Source: an uncultured Conexibacteraceae bacterium (GTDB lineage Bacteria > Actinomycetota > Thermoleophilia > Solirubrobacterales > Solirubrobacteraceae). From it: DNA of 64,000 bases. The translations under genes were made by a program, and so were the position numbers. The stretch covers positions 527,961-591,960 of the forward strand of contig CAWIJS010000013.1 of the NCBI GenBank assembly GCA_963836485.1. Direction: 5' to 3'. The notes beneath the pieces are model-generated. The model saw only the letters and a program-made list of their open reading frames with translations. It had not been told where the DNA came from and searched no databases. Positions 9,725 through 21,209 of this stretch are shown here, in pieces (within the stretch, counting starts at the first letter, position 1; each line of letters begins with the position of its first letter).

Positions 9725-9955
9725 CTAAGCGACTTTGAGCAGGATGATCGTGTTCACGGCGAAGAGCACCGCGAAGAAGACCGTCCAACGGTTCAGGTTG
9801 CGCTCCACAAGCGACCCGCCGCCCAGCGAGCCCTGACCTGAGCCGACGCCGAACGCGCCCGACAACCCCGCGTCCTTCCCGGAGTGCATGAGCACCAGGA
9901 AGATCAGGACGATGCAGATGGCGACCTGCACGACGGAGAGGATCGTTTCGAGCAT
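9725..9955 (-). CDS. secG: Preprotein translocase subunit SecG
   Basis: Two TMs; VLMHSGKDAGLSGAFG...ERNLNRWT. Confidence 0.92.
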   Translation of the reverse strand: MLETILSVVQVAICIVLIFLVLMHSGKDAGLSGAFGVGSGQGSLGGGSLVERNLNRWTVFFAVLFAVNTIILLKVA

Positions 9956-9968
9956 GACCCGTCCAATG

Positions 9969-10262
9969 CTAGTCGCCGGAGGCGCCGAGCGCATCTAGGC
10001 GCCGCAGCAGCTCGACGGCCTCAGCGCGCAGCTGCCGGTCGATCGCCTTGTAGTCCTCTTCTGACAGCTTGCCGGTGCGGTAGTCCATCTCGGCCTCGCG
10101 GATCTCGCGGTAGCGGGCCTCCTTGGCTGCCTCGAGATCCTCGAGCTGCCCTTGGTGGACCGCGTCGTCGGCCTCGGCGCGGCCGCCGCGCAGCGGCCCG
10201 GCCACCGCCCATCCGGCCGCACTCGCTGCCGCCAACACCCCCACTACCGCCAGCACATCCAT
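9969..10262 (-). CDS. Small membrane-anchored protein, CcmI N-terminal-like
   Basis: TM followed by REAEMDYRTGKLSEEDY; downstream of ccmF. Confidence 0.7.
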   Translation of the reverse strand: MDVLAVVGVLAAASAAGWAVAGPLRGGRAEADDAVHQGQLEDLEAAKEARYREIREAEMDYRTGKLSEEDYKAIDRQLRAEAVELLRRLDALGASGD

Positions 10263-10285
10263 CAGGCTCGGCGGCCGGCGCGCGG

Positions 10286-12508
<2,223 letters not shown>

Positions 12509-12515
12509 CGAAGGC

Positions 12516-12926
12516 TCAGGTCTTCTGCGTCTTGGACTGCTCTTGGAACTTCGACGGGCACTTGGTCACAAGCGAGTCCTTCTCGCCCACGAACGTGGTG
12601 CCCTCGCGCTTCACGGTCACGATGACCTCACGGCCGGCGCGGAACGTGTCGGCGACCGAGCCCGTGTAACGGATCGGCACGGAAGCGGTGCCGTTGCGAT
12701 CGCGGACGCGGAACTCGTAGGTCGTCCCGCGCTTGATGATCGAGTTGTCGACCACCTTGCCGGTCAGCTGGTAGCTGCGGCCGGGGTCGGCGCTCGCGAG
12801 CAGCTGGGACGGTGAGCGCGCCTCGCTCGAGGCGCTGAAGCTGGTGTAGACGAGCGCGGCCGCAAGGACGACGGCGGCGCTCAACGCCACGACCAGTCGT
12901 ACGCGGCGCTTGCGTGCAGGGTCCAT
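12516..12926 (-). CDS. ccmE: Cytochrome c maturation heme chaperone CcmE, Cys variant
   Basis: N-terminal TM, OB-fold-like body, C-terminal TKCPSKF; adjacent to ccmF. Confidence 0.88.
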   Translation of the reverse strand: MDPARKRRVRLVVALSAAVVLAAALVYTSFSASSEARSPSQLLASADPGRSYQLTGKVVDNSIIKRGTTYEFRVRDRNGTASVPIRYTGSVADTFRAGREVIVTVKREGTTFVGEKDSLVTKCPSKFQEQSKTQKT

Positions 12927-13091
12927 CGCGACGCAGTATCGCAGCCTCGGCGGCTTCACCGCGCCACCCGACCCGCCCAACCGTGGTTAGGGCAGGCGTC
13001 CAGTGATGCTCAAGCGCCAGGTTGGTCCGACGATGACCAAGAGCGAAACCTCCGGGCGCCACCGGTGTCTCTGGAGGTGCAGACCACCACC

Positions 13092-13382
13092 ATGCGCGTC
13101 CGCCCCCTCGCCCCCACCGAACGCCGAGCACGCAGCGAGCGCCGCCCGCACATCTTCGGGCGACCCGCCCCCGAGGTGGCGCCCCCGGCCCCCGAGGCGG
13201 CGCCCGAGCAGCAGGCGGCAGCGGAGCAGCCGGTCGACGAGCATCTGGCCGAACGGCGCCACCGCGCCTCGGTCACCCCGGAGGACACCGCGTTCTACGG
13301 TTGCTCCTGCGGATTTCAGTTCCAGGCGCCGGTCTCGACCTCGGTCAGCTGCCCGCACTGCGGGACCGGCCAGGCCTGGTAA
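13092..13382 (+). CDS. Hypothetical protein with C-terminal zinc ribbon
   Basis: CSC-x13-CPHC; GGAGG upstream. Confidence 0.75.
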   Translation: MRVRPLAPTERRARSERRPHIFGRPAPEVAPPAPEAAPEQQAAAEQPVDEHLAERRHRASVTPEDTAFYGCSCGFQFQAPVSTSVSCPHCGTGQAW

Positions 13383-13436
13383 CGCTCGCCCGAGAGGCGC
13401 ACGCCCGCGCCACGATCGATTTGGGAAGGTGCTCGC

Positions 13437-14096
13437 GTGAGCGAGCGCTATCCGCAACGGGCCTGGGCCCTTCCCAACACCGCGACCGAGGTGCTGCTGG
13501 TGCGCCACGGGGCATCGCAGGACGCCGTCCCCGGCGAGCCGTTCGAGATGATCGACGGGCACTCCGATCCAGCCCTCTCGCCGATCGGTGAGCAACAGGC
13601 TGCCCTAGTTGGTGCACGCCTGGCCTCCGACCCGCCGGACGCGCTCTTCGTCACCTCGCTGCAGCGGACGGTCCAGACAGCGGCGCCATTGGTCGTCGCG
13701 ACGGGCCTGGAGCCAACCGTGATCCCGGAGCTCTCGGAGGTCCGGCTCGGCGACTGGGAAGGGGGCGAGCTGCGGATCCGCACCGCCCACGGCGACCCGC
13801 TGGTCCGGACGATCTTCGAAGAGCAGCGCTGGGACGTCATCCCGGGCGCCGAGCCGATGGAGAAGTTCGCAGCGCGCACGCGCCGCGGTCTGGAGCGCGT
13901 CGTCGAGCTGACCGGCCCCGGCCGCGTCGCCGCCGCCTTCGTGCACGGCGGCGTCATCGGCGAGCTCGCCCGCGAAGCGACCTCCGCACCCAGGTTGTCG
14001 TTCATCCACGCCGAGAACACCTCGATCACGCGCCTCATCGTCTTCGCCGATGGCCGCTGGCTGCTGCGCAGCTTCAACGACACCTCGCACCTTTAG
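13437..14096 (+). CDS. Histidine phosphatase family protein
   Basis: LVRHG and FVHGG motifs. Confidence 0.92.
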   Translation: MSERYPQRAWALPNTATEVLLVRHGASQDAVPGEPFEMIDGHSDPALSPIGEQQAALVGARLASDPPDALFVTSLQRTVQTAAPLVVATGLEPTVIPELSEVRLGDWEGGELRIRTAHGDPLVRTIFEEQRWDVIPGAEPMEKFAARTRRGLERVVELTGPGRVAAAFVHGGVIGELAREATSAPRLSFIHAENTSITRLIVFADGRWLLRSFNDTSHL

Positions 14097-14132
14097 ACGG
14101 ACCGCCGACCACCGACGAGGGGGCGAGTTTGA

Positions 14133-14177
14133 GGTCGATCGCACCTAAACGTTGGGATGCAACGTCTAGGTGCGATC
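14133..14177. repeat. Left palindromic repeat flanking the DUF559 gene
   Basis: GATCGCACCTAAACGTTG-GGATG-CAACGTCTAGGTGCGATC, 17/18 bp stem (14137-14177). Confidence 0.9.
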
Positions 14178-15068
14178 CGCGAGCTGGTCGCTCGGCAACA
14201 CGGGGTGATTGCGCGGCGACAGCTGCTGGCGATCGGACTGAGCGCGGGCGGGATCGACCATTGGATACGAAACGGGAGGCTGGTCGTGGTGCGCCGCGGC
14301 GTCTACGCCTTTGGGCATGCGGAGCTGCGGCGGCAAGGACATGTCCTTGCCGCGGTGATCGCGGTCGGCGATGACGCCGTCCTCAGCCATCGAAGTGCGG
14401 CGCGGCAGTGGGGATTGCGGCCGTGGAGCGGGACATTCGTGGAGATGTCCGTGCTGTCTCGTCGCGGGATCAGAGCCAAGCGCGACCTGCGTGTCCACAA
14501 CGCCACCGATCTGCATCCGTGGGAGATCAGCAAGGACGAGGGTCTGCCGCTGACCACGCCCGCCCGCACGCTCCTCGACCTCGCCGCCGTCGTCCCGGCT
14601 CACCAGCTCCGGCGTGCCGTCGAGCGTGCAGAGCAGCTGGAGATCTACGACCACACCGCGGTGTCGCGTGTCCTCGCAGCGCATCCGGGCCGCCCCGGCT
14701 CGCCGGCGCTCAAGGCGTTGCTCGCCGACCTCCACGACCACGGCACCACGTCGATGTCTCGAAGCGATCTCGAAGCGCTCTTCCTCCAGCTCTGCCTTGA
14801 CCACGACCTCCCGCGCCCCCAGGTCAACTCCTACGAGAACGGCCGCGAGCTCGATTTCCGCTGGCCGGACCGCCGGCTTGTCGTCGAGACCAATGGCTTC
14901 TGGGTTCACCGCTCTCGCGACGCGTTCGAGAGCGATCACGAGCGGCGCCTAGAGCTCGAGGCCGCCGGCTGGCGCGTGATCTCGCTGACGTGGCGACAGG
15001 TCGTGGACCGGCCACACGCGATCGCCGGGCACATCCGCAGGGAACTCGACGAGACGGCTGGCACCTAG
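14157..15068 (+). CDS. AbiEi-like wHTH plus DUF559/Vsr-like endonuclease domain protein
   Basis: RQHGVIARRQL...RRGVY, LSHRSAA, TTPARTLLDL, ELDFRW...VVETNG..H, GWRVI.LTW. Confidence 0.88.
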   Translation: MQRLGAIRELVARQHGVIARRQLLAIGLSAGGIDHWIRNGRLVVVRRGVYAFGHAELRRQGHVLAAVIAVGDDAVLSHRSAARQWGLRPWSGTFVEMSVLSRRGIRAKRDLRVHNATDLHPWEISKDEGLPLTTPARTLLDLAAVVPAHQLRRAVERAEQLEIYDHTAVSRVLAAHPGRPGSPALKALLADLHDHGTTSMSRSDLEALFLQLCLDHDLPRPQVNSYENGRELDFRWPDRRLVVETNGFWVHRSRDAFESDHERRLELEAAGWRVISLTWRQVVDRPHAIAGHIRRELDETAGT

Positions 15069-15101
15069 ACGTTGCATCGCAACGTCTAGGTGCCAGCGAC
15101 C
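15057..15101. repeat. Right palindromic repeat flanking the DUF559 gene (inverted copy of left)
   Basis: GCTGGCACCTAGACGTTGC-ATC-GCAACGTCTAGGTGCCAGC, perfect 19 bp stem (15057-15097). Confidence 0.9.
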
Positions 15102-15145
15102 CAAGTAATCGCGTGACCGCCCGCCCCCGCGACAGGCATGCTGGA

Positions 15146-15475
15146 ATGTCGTCCGTGCCCACCACCGCCGCCCCCGCCCCCAACCTGCGCCGCCAGCTGA
15201 ACATCACCCTCGCCGTCGGCCTCGCCGACGGTTTGCTGCTGGCGGTGCTCGTGTACTTCGCCTTCATCAACCGCAGCGACACCGCGGTCCACATCCTCGG
15301 GCCGATCCACGGCCTCGGCTTCCTCGCGCTCCTGCTGCTCACCGGCAACGGGGCGCTCCAGAAGCTGTGGGGCTGGTGGTTTCCCGCGTTGGTGATCGTC
15401 ACCGGCGGCCCGATCGGCTCGATCATCGGCGACCTCATCCTGCGGCGCGGGCTCAGCGGGGCAGAGCGCACGTAA
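15146..15475 (+). CDS. Small membrane protein, DUF3817-like
   Basis: Three hydrophobic segments; ILGPIHGLGF. Confidence 0.7.
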   Translation: MSSVPTTAAPAPNLRRQLNITLAVGLADGLLLAVLVYFAFINRSDTAVHILGPIHGLGFLALLLLTGNGALQKLWGWWFPALVIVTGGPIGSIIGDLILRRGLSGAERT

Positions 15476-16290
15476 TGGCCATCGACGCCTGGATCCAGCA
15501 TCCGACGCCACGCTTCATCGAGCAGGACATGTTCGCATCGCTGCGCCGCTGGACCGGCGAGGAGCCGCCCACCGAGCAGCTCCCGCTGACCGCCACGCTC
15601 GCGGCGATGGACGCCGGCGGGATCACTGAGGCGATGCTGTCGGCCTGGTACGGCCCCGAGGGCGCGCTGATCTCCAACGAGGAGGTCGCCGGCTGGGTCG
15701 CCGAGGCGCCCGGCCGCCTCCACGGCCTCGCGTCCGTGAACCTGCGCAACCCGATGGAGGGCGTGCGCGCGCTGCGCCATTGCGTCACCGACCTGGGGTT
15801 CAAGGGCCTGCGGATGCTGCCATGGCTTTGGGAGACGCCGCCGACCGATCGGCGCTTCTATCCGCTCTACGCCACGTGCGTCGAGCTCGGCGTGCCGTTC
15901 TGCACGCAGGTCGGCCACACCGGGCCGCTGCGCCCGTCGGAGACCGGGCGGCCGATCCCCTACATCGACCAGGTCGCGATCGACTTCCCCGAGCTGACGA
16001 TCGTCTGCGGCCACGTCGGCTACCCGTGGACCGAGGAGATGATCGCCGTCGCGCGCAAGCACGAGAACGTCGTGATCGACACCTCCGCCTACACGACCAA
16101 GCGGCTGCCGCCCGAGATCATCACCTACATGAAGTCGGGCAGCGGGCGCCACAAGGTGCTGTTCGGCTCCAACTTCCCCATGATCTTCCCCGAGCACGCG
16201 CTCGCCGGCCTGGATGAGCTCGGCCTCGACGACGAGATGCGCGACCTCTACCTGGAGGGCAACGCGCGGCGGGTCTTCGGGCTGCTGTGA
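15475..16290 (+). CDS. Amidohydrolase family protein
   Basis: IDAW, CGHVGYPW, IDTSAY, VLFGSNFP; TAATG overlap with upstream gene. Confidence 0.9.
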   Translation: MAIDAWIQHPTPRFIEQDMFASLRRWTGEEPPTEQLPLTATLAAMDAGGITEAMLSAWYGPEGALISNEEVAGWVAEAPGRLHGLASVNLRNPMEGVRALRHCVTDLGFKGLRMLPWLWETPPTDRRFYPLYATCVELGVPFCTQVGHTGPLRPSETGRPIPYIDQVAIDFPELTIVCGHVGYPWTEEMIAVARKHENVVIDTSAYTTKRLPPEIITYMKSGSGRHKVLFGSNFPMIFPEHALAGLDELGLDDEMRDLYLEGNARRVFGLL

Positions 16291-16297
16291 TCCAGCG

Positions 16298-17842
16298 ATG
16301 AGCGAAGAGCCCGACGCCGTTGCCGACTTCCGCGCCCGGCGCGACCGGATCCGCGACGAGCTGGGCGGTGCGGCGCGCGTCGAGCGCCTCCACGCCCGCG
16401 GCGAGCGGACGATCCGCGAGCACATCGCCGCGCTGCTGGACGACGGCTCCTTCGACGAGGTCGGCACCTTCGTGCGCTCGCTGCGTCCCGAGGACCACGA
16501 CGAGACGCCGGGCGACGGCAAGATCGGCGGGCACGGCACGATCGACGGGCGCCCGGTCACGGTCGCCGGCGACGACATCACGGTCAAGCGCGGCTCGTCC
16601 TCGCCGATGGGCTCCCGCCGCCTCGGCCGCCTCTTCGCCCACGCCGAGCGCAGCGGCCATCCGATCGTCTACTTCGGCGCCACGGGCGGCGCGCGCATCC
16701 CGGACTCGCTCGGCTCGGCCGGCTTCGCCCAGGTCGCCGTCGACGTCGAGCTCTTCCGCCGTGCCCGGCGGGTCCCGTTCATCACCGTGATCGCCGGCGA
16801 CTCCTTCGGCGGCTCGTCGTTTGTCAGCGCCGCGTCGGATCTCGTGATCCAGGTCCGCGGCACCTGCCTGGCAGTCACCTCGCCGCTGGTCGCCAAGATC
16901 GCCACCGGCGAGGACCTGACCAACGACGAGCTGGGCGGCGTCGACGTCCACGCGCGCAAGACCGGCCAGATCGACCTCATCGCCGAGGACTACGACGAGG
17001 CCTACGCCTTGATCCGCCGCGCGCTCGCGCTGCTGCCGGCCAACGCCAAGCAGCGCACGGCGCGCAGCGGCGACGGCGACGGTGAGCGCCTTCCCATCGC
17101 GGGCGGGCCGGATCTCGAACTGGCCGAGATCGTCCCCCGCCGCCGCTCGCGTGCCTACGACGTCCACAAGGTCCTGGCGCGCGTGCTCGATCCCGACTCC
17201 TTGCTGGAGCTCGGCGCCGGCTTCGGGCGCGGGCTGGTCTGCGGCCTTGGTCGCCTCGACGGCCATGCCGTCGGCGTCGTCGCCAGCCAGCCGAAGTTCT
17301 TCGCCGGCGCGCTGGATCCCGCGGCGTGTGAGAAGGCCGTCAAGCTGCTCTGCCTCTGCGACGCCTTCGACCTGCCCGTCCTCTTCTTCCAGGACGTGCC
17401 CGGCTTCTTCGTCGGCAAGCAGGTCGAGCACGACGGCATGCTCAAGCACGCGATCCGGCTGCAGACCGCGCTCGCGCTCTCCGAAGCACCGAAGATCACC
17501 ACCATCTTGCGCAAGGCCTATGGGTTGGCCTACTTCAGCCTCGGCGGTAACGACAGCGGCGTGGACCTCGTCTACGCCTGGCCGACGGCCGAGATCTCGT
17601 TCATGGATCCGCTGGTCGCCGCCAACGTGGTGGCCGGCGGCGACGATGCCGCGCGCGACGCGATGGCCGACGCGATGCGCGCCGACATCGACCCCTATGG
17701 CGCGGCCGGCCTGATGAAGGTCGACGAGATCATCGACCCCGCCGACACCCGCGCCACCCTGGCCCGCGCGCTCACGCGCCTCGCCGGGCGCCCCGTCGCC
17801 GACGGCGCCCGCCGCCCGCTCGCGACGTGGCCGACGTGCTGA
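16298..17842 (+). CDS. Acyl-CoA carboxylase carboxyltransferase (beta) subunit
   Basis: GGARI, ELGG, DVPGF, RKAYG, DEIIDPADTR. Confidence 0.92.
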   Translation: MSEEPDAVADFRARRDRIRDELGGAARVERLHARGERTIREHIAALLDDGSFDEVGTFVRSLRPEDHDETPGDGKIGGHGTIDGRPVTVAGDDITVKRGSSSPMGSRRLGRLFAHAERSGHPIVYFGATGGARIPDSLGSAGFAQVAVDVELFRRARRVPFITVIAGDSFGGSSFVSAASDLVIQVRGTCLAVTSPLVAKIATGEDLTNDELGGVDVHARKTGQIDLIAEDYDEAYALIRRALALLPANAKQRTARSGDGDGERLPIAGGPDLELAEIVPRRRSRAYDVHKVLARVLDPDSLLELGAGFGRGLVCGLGRLDGHAVGVVASQPKFFAGALDPAACEKAVKLLCLCDAFDLPVLFFQDVPGFFVGKQVEHDGMLKHAIRLQTALALSEAPKITTILRKAYGLAYFSLGGNDSGVDLVYAWPTAEISFMDPLVAANVVAGGDDAARDAMADAMRADIDPYGAAGLMKVDEIIDPADTRATLARALTRLAGRPVADGARRPLATWPTC

Positions 17843-17908
17843 TCGCGCCCCGGCGCGGTACGGTACATCTTCACCAACGCTGCACCCGGCACGAAGGAGT
17901 GCACACCG

Positions 17909-18226
17909 ATGGACGAAGTCAAGGATGGCGCAGCAGGCGCCGTCGCGGACGAGGACATCAGCACGCTGGTCGCGCGGCTCTCGCGCAAACACCGCTCCGG
18001 CGGGCGCGTCATCGAGCGCGCCGCGATCATGGCTGAAGGCGGCAACTCGGTCGCGATCCTGACCTGGCTGGCCGAACACGGCTGGGAGCCGGAGGCAGAC
18101 GCGCCGGCCACCAGCGATCGTGACGGCATGGGATTGCACGGCATGCGCCGTGAGGCCGAGCGCGGGCGCGCGCAGGCCCAGGCGCCGCGGCGCTACATCT
18201 CACCGGCGCCGGCCGGCGACGCCTGA
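17909..18226 (+). CDS. Hypothetical protein
   Basis: GAAGGAG RBS; coding-like codon usage. Confidence 0.65.
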   Translation: MDEVKDGAAGAVADEDISTLVARLSRKHRSGGRVIERAAIMAEGGNSVAILTWLAEHGWEPEADAPATSDRDGMGLHGMRREAERGRAQAQAPRRYISPAPAGDA

Positions 18227-18230
18227 GCGC

Positions 18231-18398
18231 GTGCCCAGCCGCACGACCCTGATCATCATCGGCGCGGTGATCGCGATCCCGCTGATCTTCGCGGCGCTGG
18301 GTGCGAGCCAGTCCGCCGGACTGGTCTTTGGCGTGCTGCTGGTCGTCGTCGGGCTGGCCTGGACGTTGGCCGGCTCGCGCGGTGCGGGCGGCGAGTAG
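18231..18398 (+). CDS. Small two-TM membrane protein
   Basis: 55 aa, two hydrophobic helices, GTG 4 bp after previous stop. Confidence 0.55.
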   Translation: MPSRTTLIIIGAVIAIPLIFAALGASQSAGLVFGVLLVVVGLAWTLAGSRGAGGE

Positions 18399-18409
18399 GC
18401 GGCGCGTCC

Positions 18410-19327
18410 TTACGGGACGATGACGTTCGCCGGGTCCGGCCGCAGCTCCGGCGGCGCCTGGCTGTAGTCACCAAACGGACCGTCGCGGCGGGCGACCACG
18501 GCGGAGACGCCCTCGGCCTTCGCGGTCTCGATGAAATCCAGCGCGTCGGGCGTGTTGCGCATCAGCCCGTCGAGGATCGGGCCGAGCGTCTGGGTCGAGG
18601 CCAACCCCATGTTCTCGTAGGCGTGGTTGACCACCAACTTCATCGCGGCCAACTGCGAGCTCGGGATGGCGGCGAGCTCTGCCGCGAGCGCCGCCACGCG
18701 ATCCTCGAGCTGCGCGAACGGCACGGCCTCGTTGATCAGCTCGACGTCTGCCGCCTGGCGACCGTTAAGCGGCCGGCCGGTCAAGGCGTGGAACTTGGTC
18801 CGGGCGAGGCCGAGCCGGTAGATCCACATGCCCGACAGGTACGCGCCCCACATTCGGCTGTAGGGCGTCCCGATGACCGCGTCCTCGCTGGCGATCACGA
18901 GATCCGCGCACAGCGCGAAGTCGCTTCCGCCGCCGACGCAGTATCCGTGCACCTGAGCGATGACCGGTTTGGGCGACCGCCAGATGGCCATGAACTTCTG
19001 CGTGGGCGCGATCTCCGGCGCGGTCGCCATCGCGAAGTCCTTGCCAGGATCCCACTGGCCGTCGGTCATCATCGCCTCGCCCCAGTGCTCGAAGCCGCCG
19101 CCGAAGTCGTAGCCCGCGCAGAACGCGCGGCCGGCGCCGCGGATGACAATCACCTTGACCTCGGCGTCGCGCACCGCATGGCCGACCGCCGCCTCGACCT
19201 CGTCGGGCATCGGCGGCACGATCGTGTTCAGCCGCTCGGGCCGGTTGAGCGTGATGGTGGCGACGGCGTCAGAGACGGCGTAGAGGATCGTCTCGAACTC
19301 GGGGGCGGCGGCGGGCATGCGCGCCAT
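18410..19327 (-). CDS. Crotonase/enoyl-CoA hydratase family protein
   Basis: ITLNRPERLN, FCAGYD, KPVIAQVHGYCVGGG. Confidence 0.92.
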   Translation of the reverse strand: MARMPAAAPEFETILYAVSDAVATITLNRPERLNTIVPPMPDEVEAAVGHAVRDAEVKVIVIRGAGRAFCAGYDFGGGFEHWGEAMMTDGQWDPGKDFAMATAPEIAPTQKFMAIWRSPKPVIAQVHGYCVGGGSDFALCADLVIASEDAVIGTPYSRMWGAYLSGMWIYRLGLARTKFHALTGRPLNGRQAADVELINEAVPFAQLEDRVAALAAELAAIPSSQLAAMKLVVNHAYENMGLASTQTLGPILDGLMRNTPDALDFIETAKAEGVSAVVARRDGPFGDYSQAPPELRPDPANVIVP

Positions 19328-19729
19328 CTAACCGGGCGCCAGCGTCTCCAGCAACTCGGTGACGCACCGGGCGATCTCGTCGCGAGTCGCGCGCACCTCG
19401 TCCAGCGCGCGGCCCTTCGGGTCCGGCAGGTCCCAGTCGACGTAGCGCTTGCCCGGGATGTACGGGCAGGCATCACCGCAGCCCATCGTCACGACGACGT
19501 CGGCCTGCTCGGCGAGCTCGCGCGTCAGCCGTACCGGGCGACGCTCCGACAGGTCGATGCCGAGCTCGGCCATCACCGTGACGACCTCGGGATGGACGTA
19601 GCCCTCGGGGTCGGCGACGCTGCCGGCCGAGAGGGCGGCGTGGCGGCCTTGCGCGGCCCGTTCGAACAGCGCGCTGCTCATCTGCGACCGGCCGGCGTTG
19701 TGCAGGCAGACGAACAAGACGGTGGACAT
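19328..19729 (-). CDS. arsC: Arsenate reductase, LMW-PTP type
   Basis: VLFVCLHNAGRSQM, MGCGDACP, WDLPDP; in ars operon. Confidence 0.9.
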   Translation of the reverse strand: MSTVLFVCLHNAGRSQMSSALFERAAQGRHAALSAGSVADPEGYVHPEVVTVMAELGIDLSERRPVRLTRELAEQADVVVTMGCGDACPYIPGKRYVDWDLPDPKGRALDEVRATRDEIARCVTELLETLAPG

Positions 19730-20424
19730 CAGGCGGGCGCGGCGCCGGGCGGCGTCTGGGGCGTGCGGATGAACTGGTAGGCGAGCGCGCCGGCAGTCGC
19801 GCCGATCACCGGCCCGACGAGGTAGATCCAGAAGTGCGTCCACGTCCCCGACGCGAGCGCGGGCCCGAAGGAGCGCGCGGGGTTCATGCTCGCGCCTGAC
19901 ACCCCGCCGCCGACGAGGATGTCGAGGGTGACGGTGGCGCCGATGGCGATGGCCGCGCCGGCGCCGACGGCGCGGGTGTCGGTCGCGACGGCGATGATGA
20001 TGAACATCAGCAGCGCGGTCAGGAGCGCCTCGTACAGCAGGGCGGTAGGCGTGCCGACCGCGGCGACGTTCGCTCCGAGGTTGCCGGGCGCGTCCGGCCA
20101 GGCGGCCAGCAGCACGCCGCCGCCCGCCGCCGCGCCGAGCAGCTGCGCACCGATGTAGGCGACGGCCTCGCGGTGCGGGAAGTGGCGGGTGACGGTGAAC
20201 GCGATCGTCACCGCCGGGTTGATGTGCGCGCCGGAGAGATGACCGGTGGCGTAGACCAGCGCCATAATCGCCAGGCCCGAGACCGCGGCTTGCGCGGGGA
20301 GCCCGAGGACCGCATGGTGCGAGGCGTGCGCCGCCGCCGCGCCGCCGACGCAGAAGACCAGTGCGAACGCAGCGATCGCCTCGGTGACAGCGCGACGGGT
20401 GAGATCGGGCCGCTCCTGGCTCAT
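19729..20424 (-). CDS. MIP/aquaglyceroporin, probable arsenite channel
   Basis: Two NPA motifs (HINPAVT, SMNPARS); between arsM and arsC. Confidence 0.9.
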   Translation of the reverse strand: MSQERPDLTRRAVTEAIAAFALVFCVGGAAAAHASHHAVLGLPAQAAVSGLAIMALVYATGHLSGAHINPAVTIAFTVTRHFPHREAVAYIGAQLLGAAAGGGVLLAAWPDAPGNLGANVAAVGTPTALLYEALLTALLMFIIIAVATDTRAVGAGAAIAIGATVTLDILVGGGVSGASMNPARSFGPALASGTWTHFWIYLVGPVIGATAGALAYQFIRTPQTPPGAAPA

Positions 20425-21209
20425 GCGAGGGTTGATGTCTTGCGGGCGCGCACGATCGCCGATGCGGCGTGCTCGTGGACGCGGTGCGTCTCGGTGATCT
20501 CGATGTCAGCGAAGCCGGCCGTCGTCAGGCCCCGCTCGAACTCCTCACGCGTGAGCGCCCCGGCGATGCAGCCGGTCCACGCGGCCATGTCGGCGCGCGT
20601 GGCGTCGTCCATGTCCGCGGCGGCCACGACATCGGAGACAGCAAAGCGACCTCCGGGCTTGAGCACGCGCGCGGCCTCGGCGAACACCTTGCCCTTGTCG
20701 CCCGCGAGGTTGATGACGCAGTTGGAGATCACCACGTCGACGGAGGCGTCGGGCAACGGAACCTCTTCGATGTACCCCTTCAGGAACTCGACGTTGGTCG
20801 CTCCCGCCTTCGTCGCGTTGGCGCGAGCGAGATCGAGCATCTCATCGGTCATGTCCAACCCATACGCCTTCCCGGTCGGACCGACCCGCTTCGCGGATAT
20901 GAGCACGTCGGTGCCCGCGCCCGAGCCGAGGTCCAGCACCACCTCGCCGGCGTGGAGATCGGCGACCGCCGTCGGTACGCCGCAGCCGAGCGAGGCCGAA
21001 AGGGCGTCGTCGGTTGCACCCGCGGTCTCCGCCCCGTCATAGAGGGTCGTGCCGAAGACTTGCACTCCGGCCTCGTCGGTCAGGTCGACCGCCGTGCCGC
21101 CACTACAGCAGCCACCGCCAGTTGGGCCGCCGGTCGCGGCTGCCCGCGCCGCGGCGGCGTAGCGCTCACGGACGGCGTCGCGCATCTCGGATTTGGTCAG
21201 GTCAGCCAT
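20421..21209 (-). CDS. arsM: Arsenite S-adenosylmethionine methyltransferase
   Basis: GGCC, SLGCG, LDLGSGAG, ISNCVINL, WTGCIAGA. Confidence 0.92.
   Translation of the reverse strand: MADLTKSEMRDAVRERYAAAARAAATGGPTGGGCCSGGTAVDLTDEAGVQVFGTTLYDGAETAGATDDALSASLGCGVPTAVADLHAGEVVLDLGSGAGTDVLISAKRVGPTGKAYGLDMTDEMLDLARANATKAGATNVEFLKGYIEEVPLPDASVDVVISNCVINLAGDKGKVFAEAARVLKPGGRFAVSDVVAAADMDDATRADMAAWTGCIAGALTREEFERGLTTAGFADIEITETHRVHEHAASAIVRARKTSTLA

Noticed and set aside
14157-15068. Conventional type IV TA antitoxin or IS transposase
   Set aside because: No AbiEii partner, no DDE/HUH/recombinase motifs and no clear target-site duplication.
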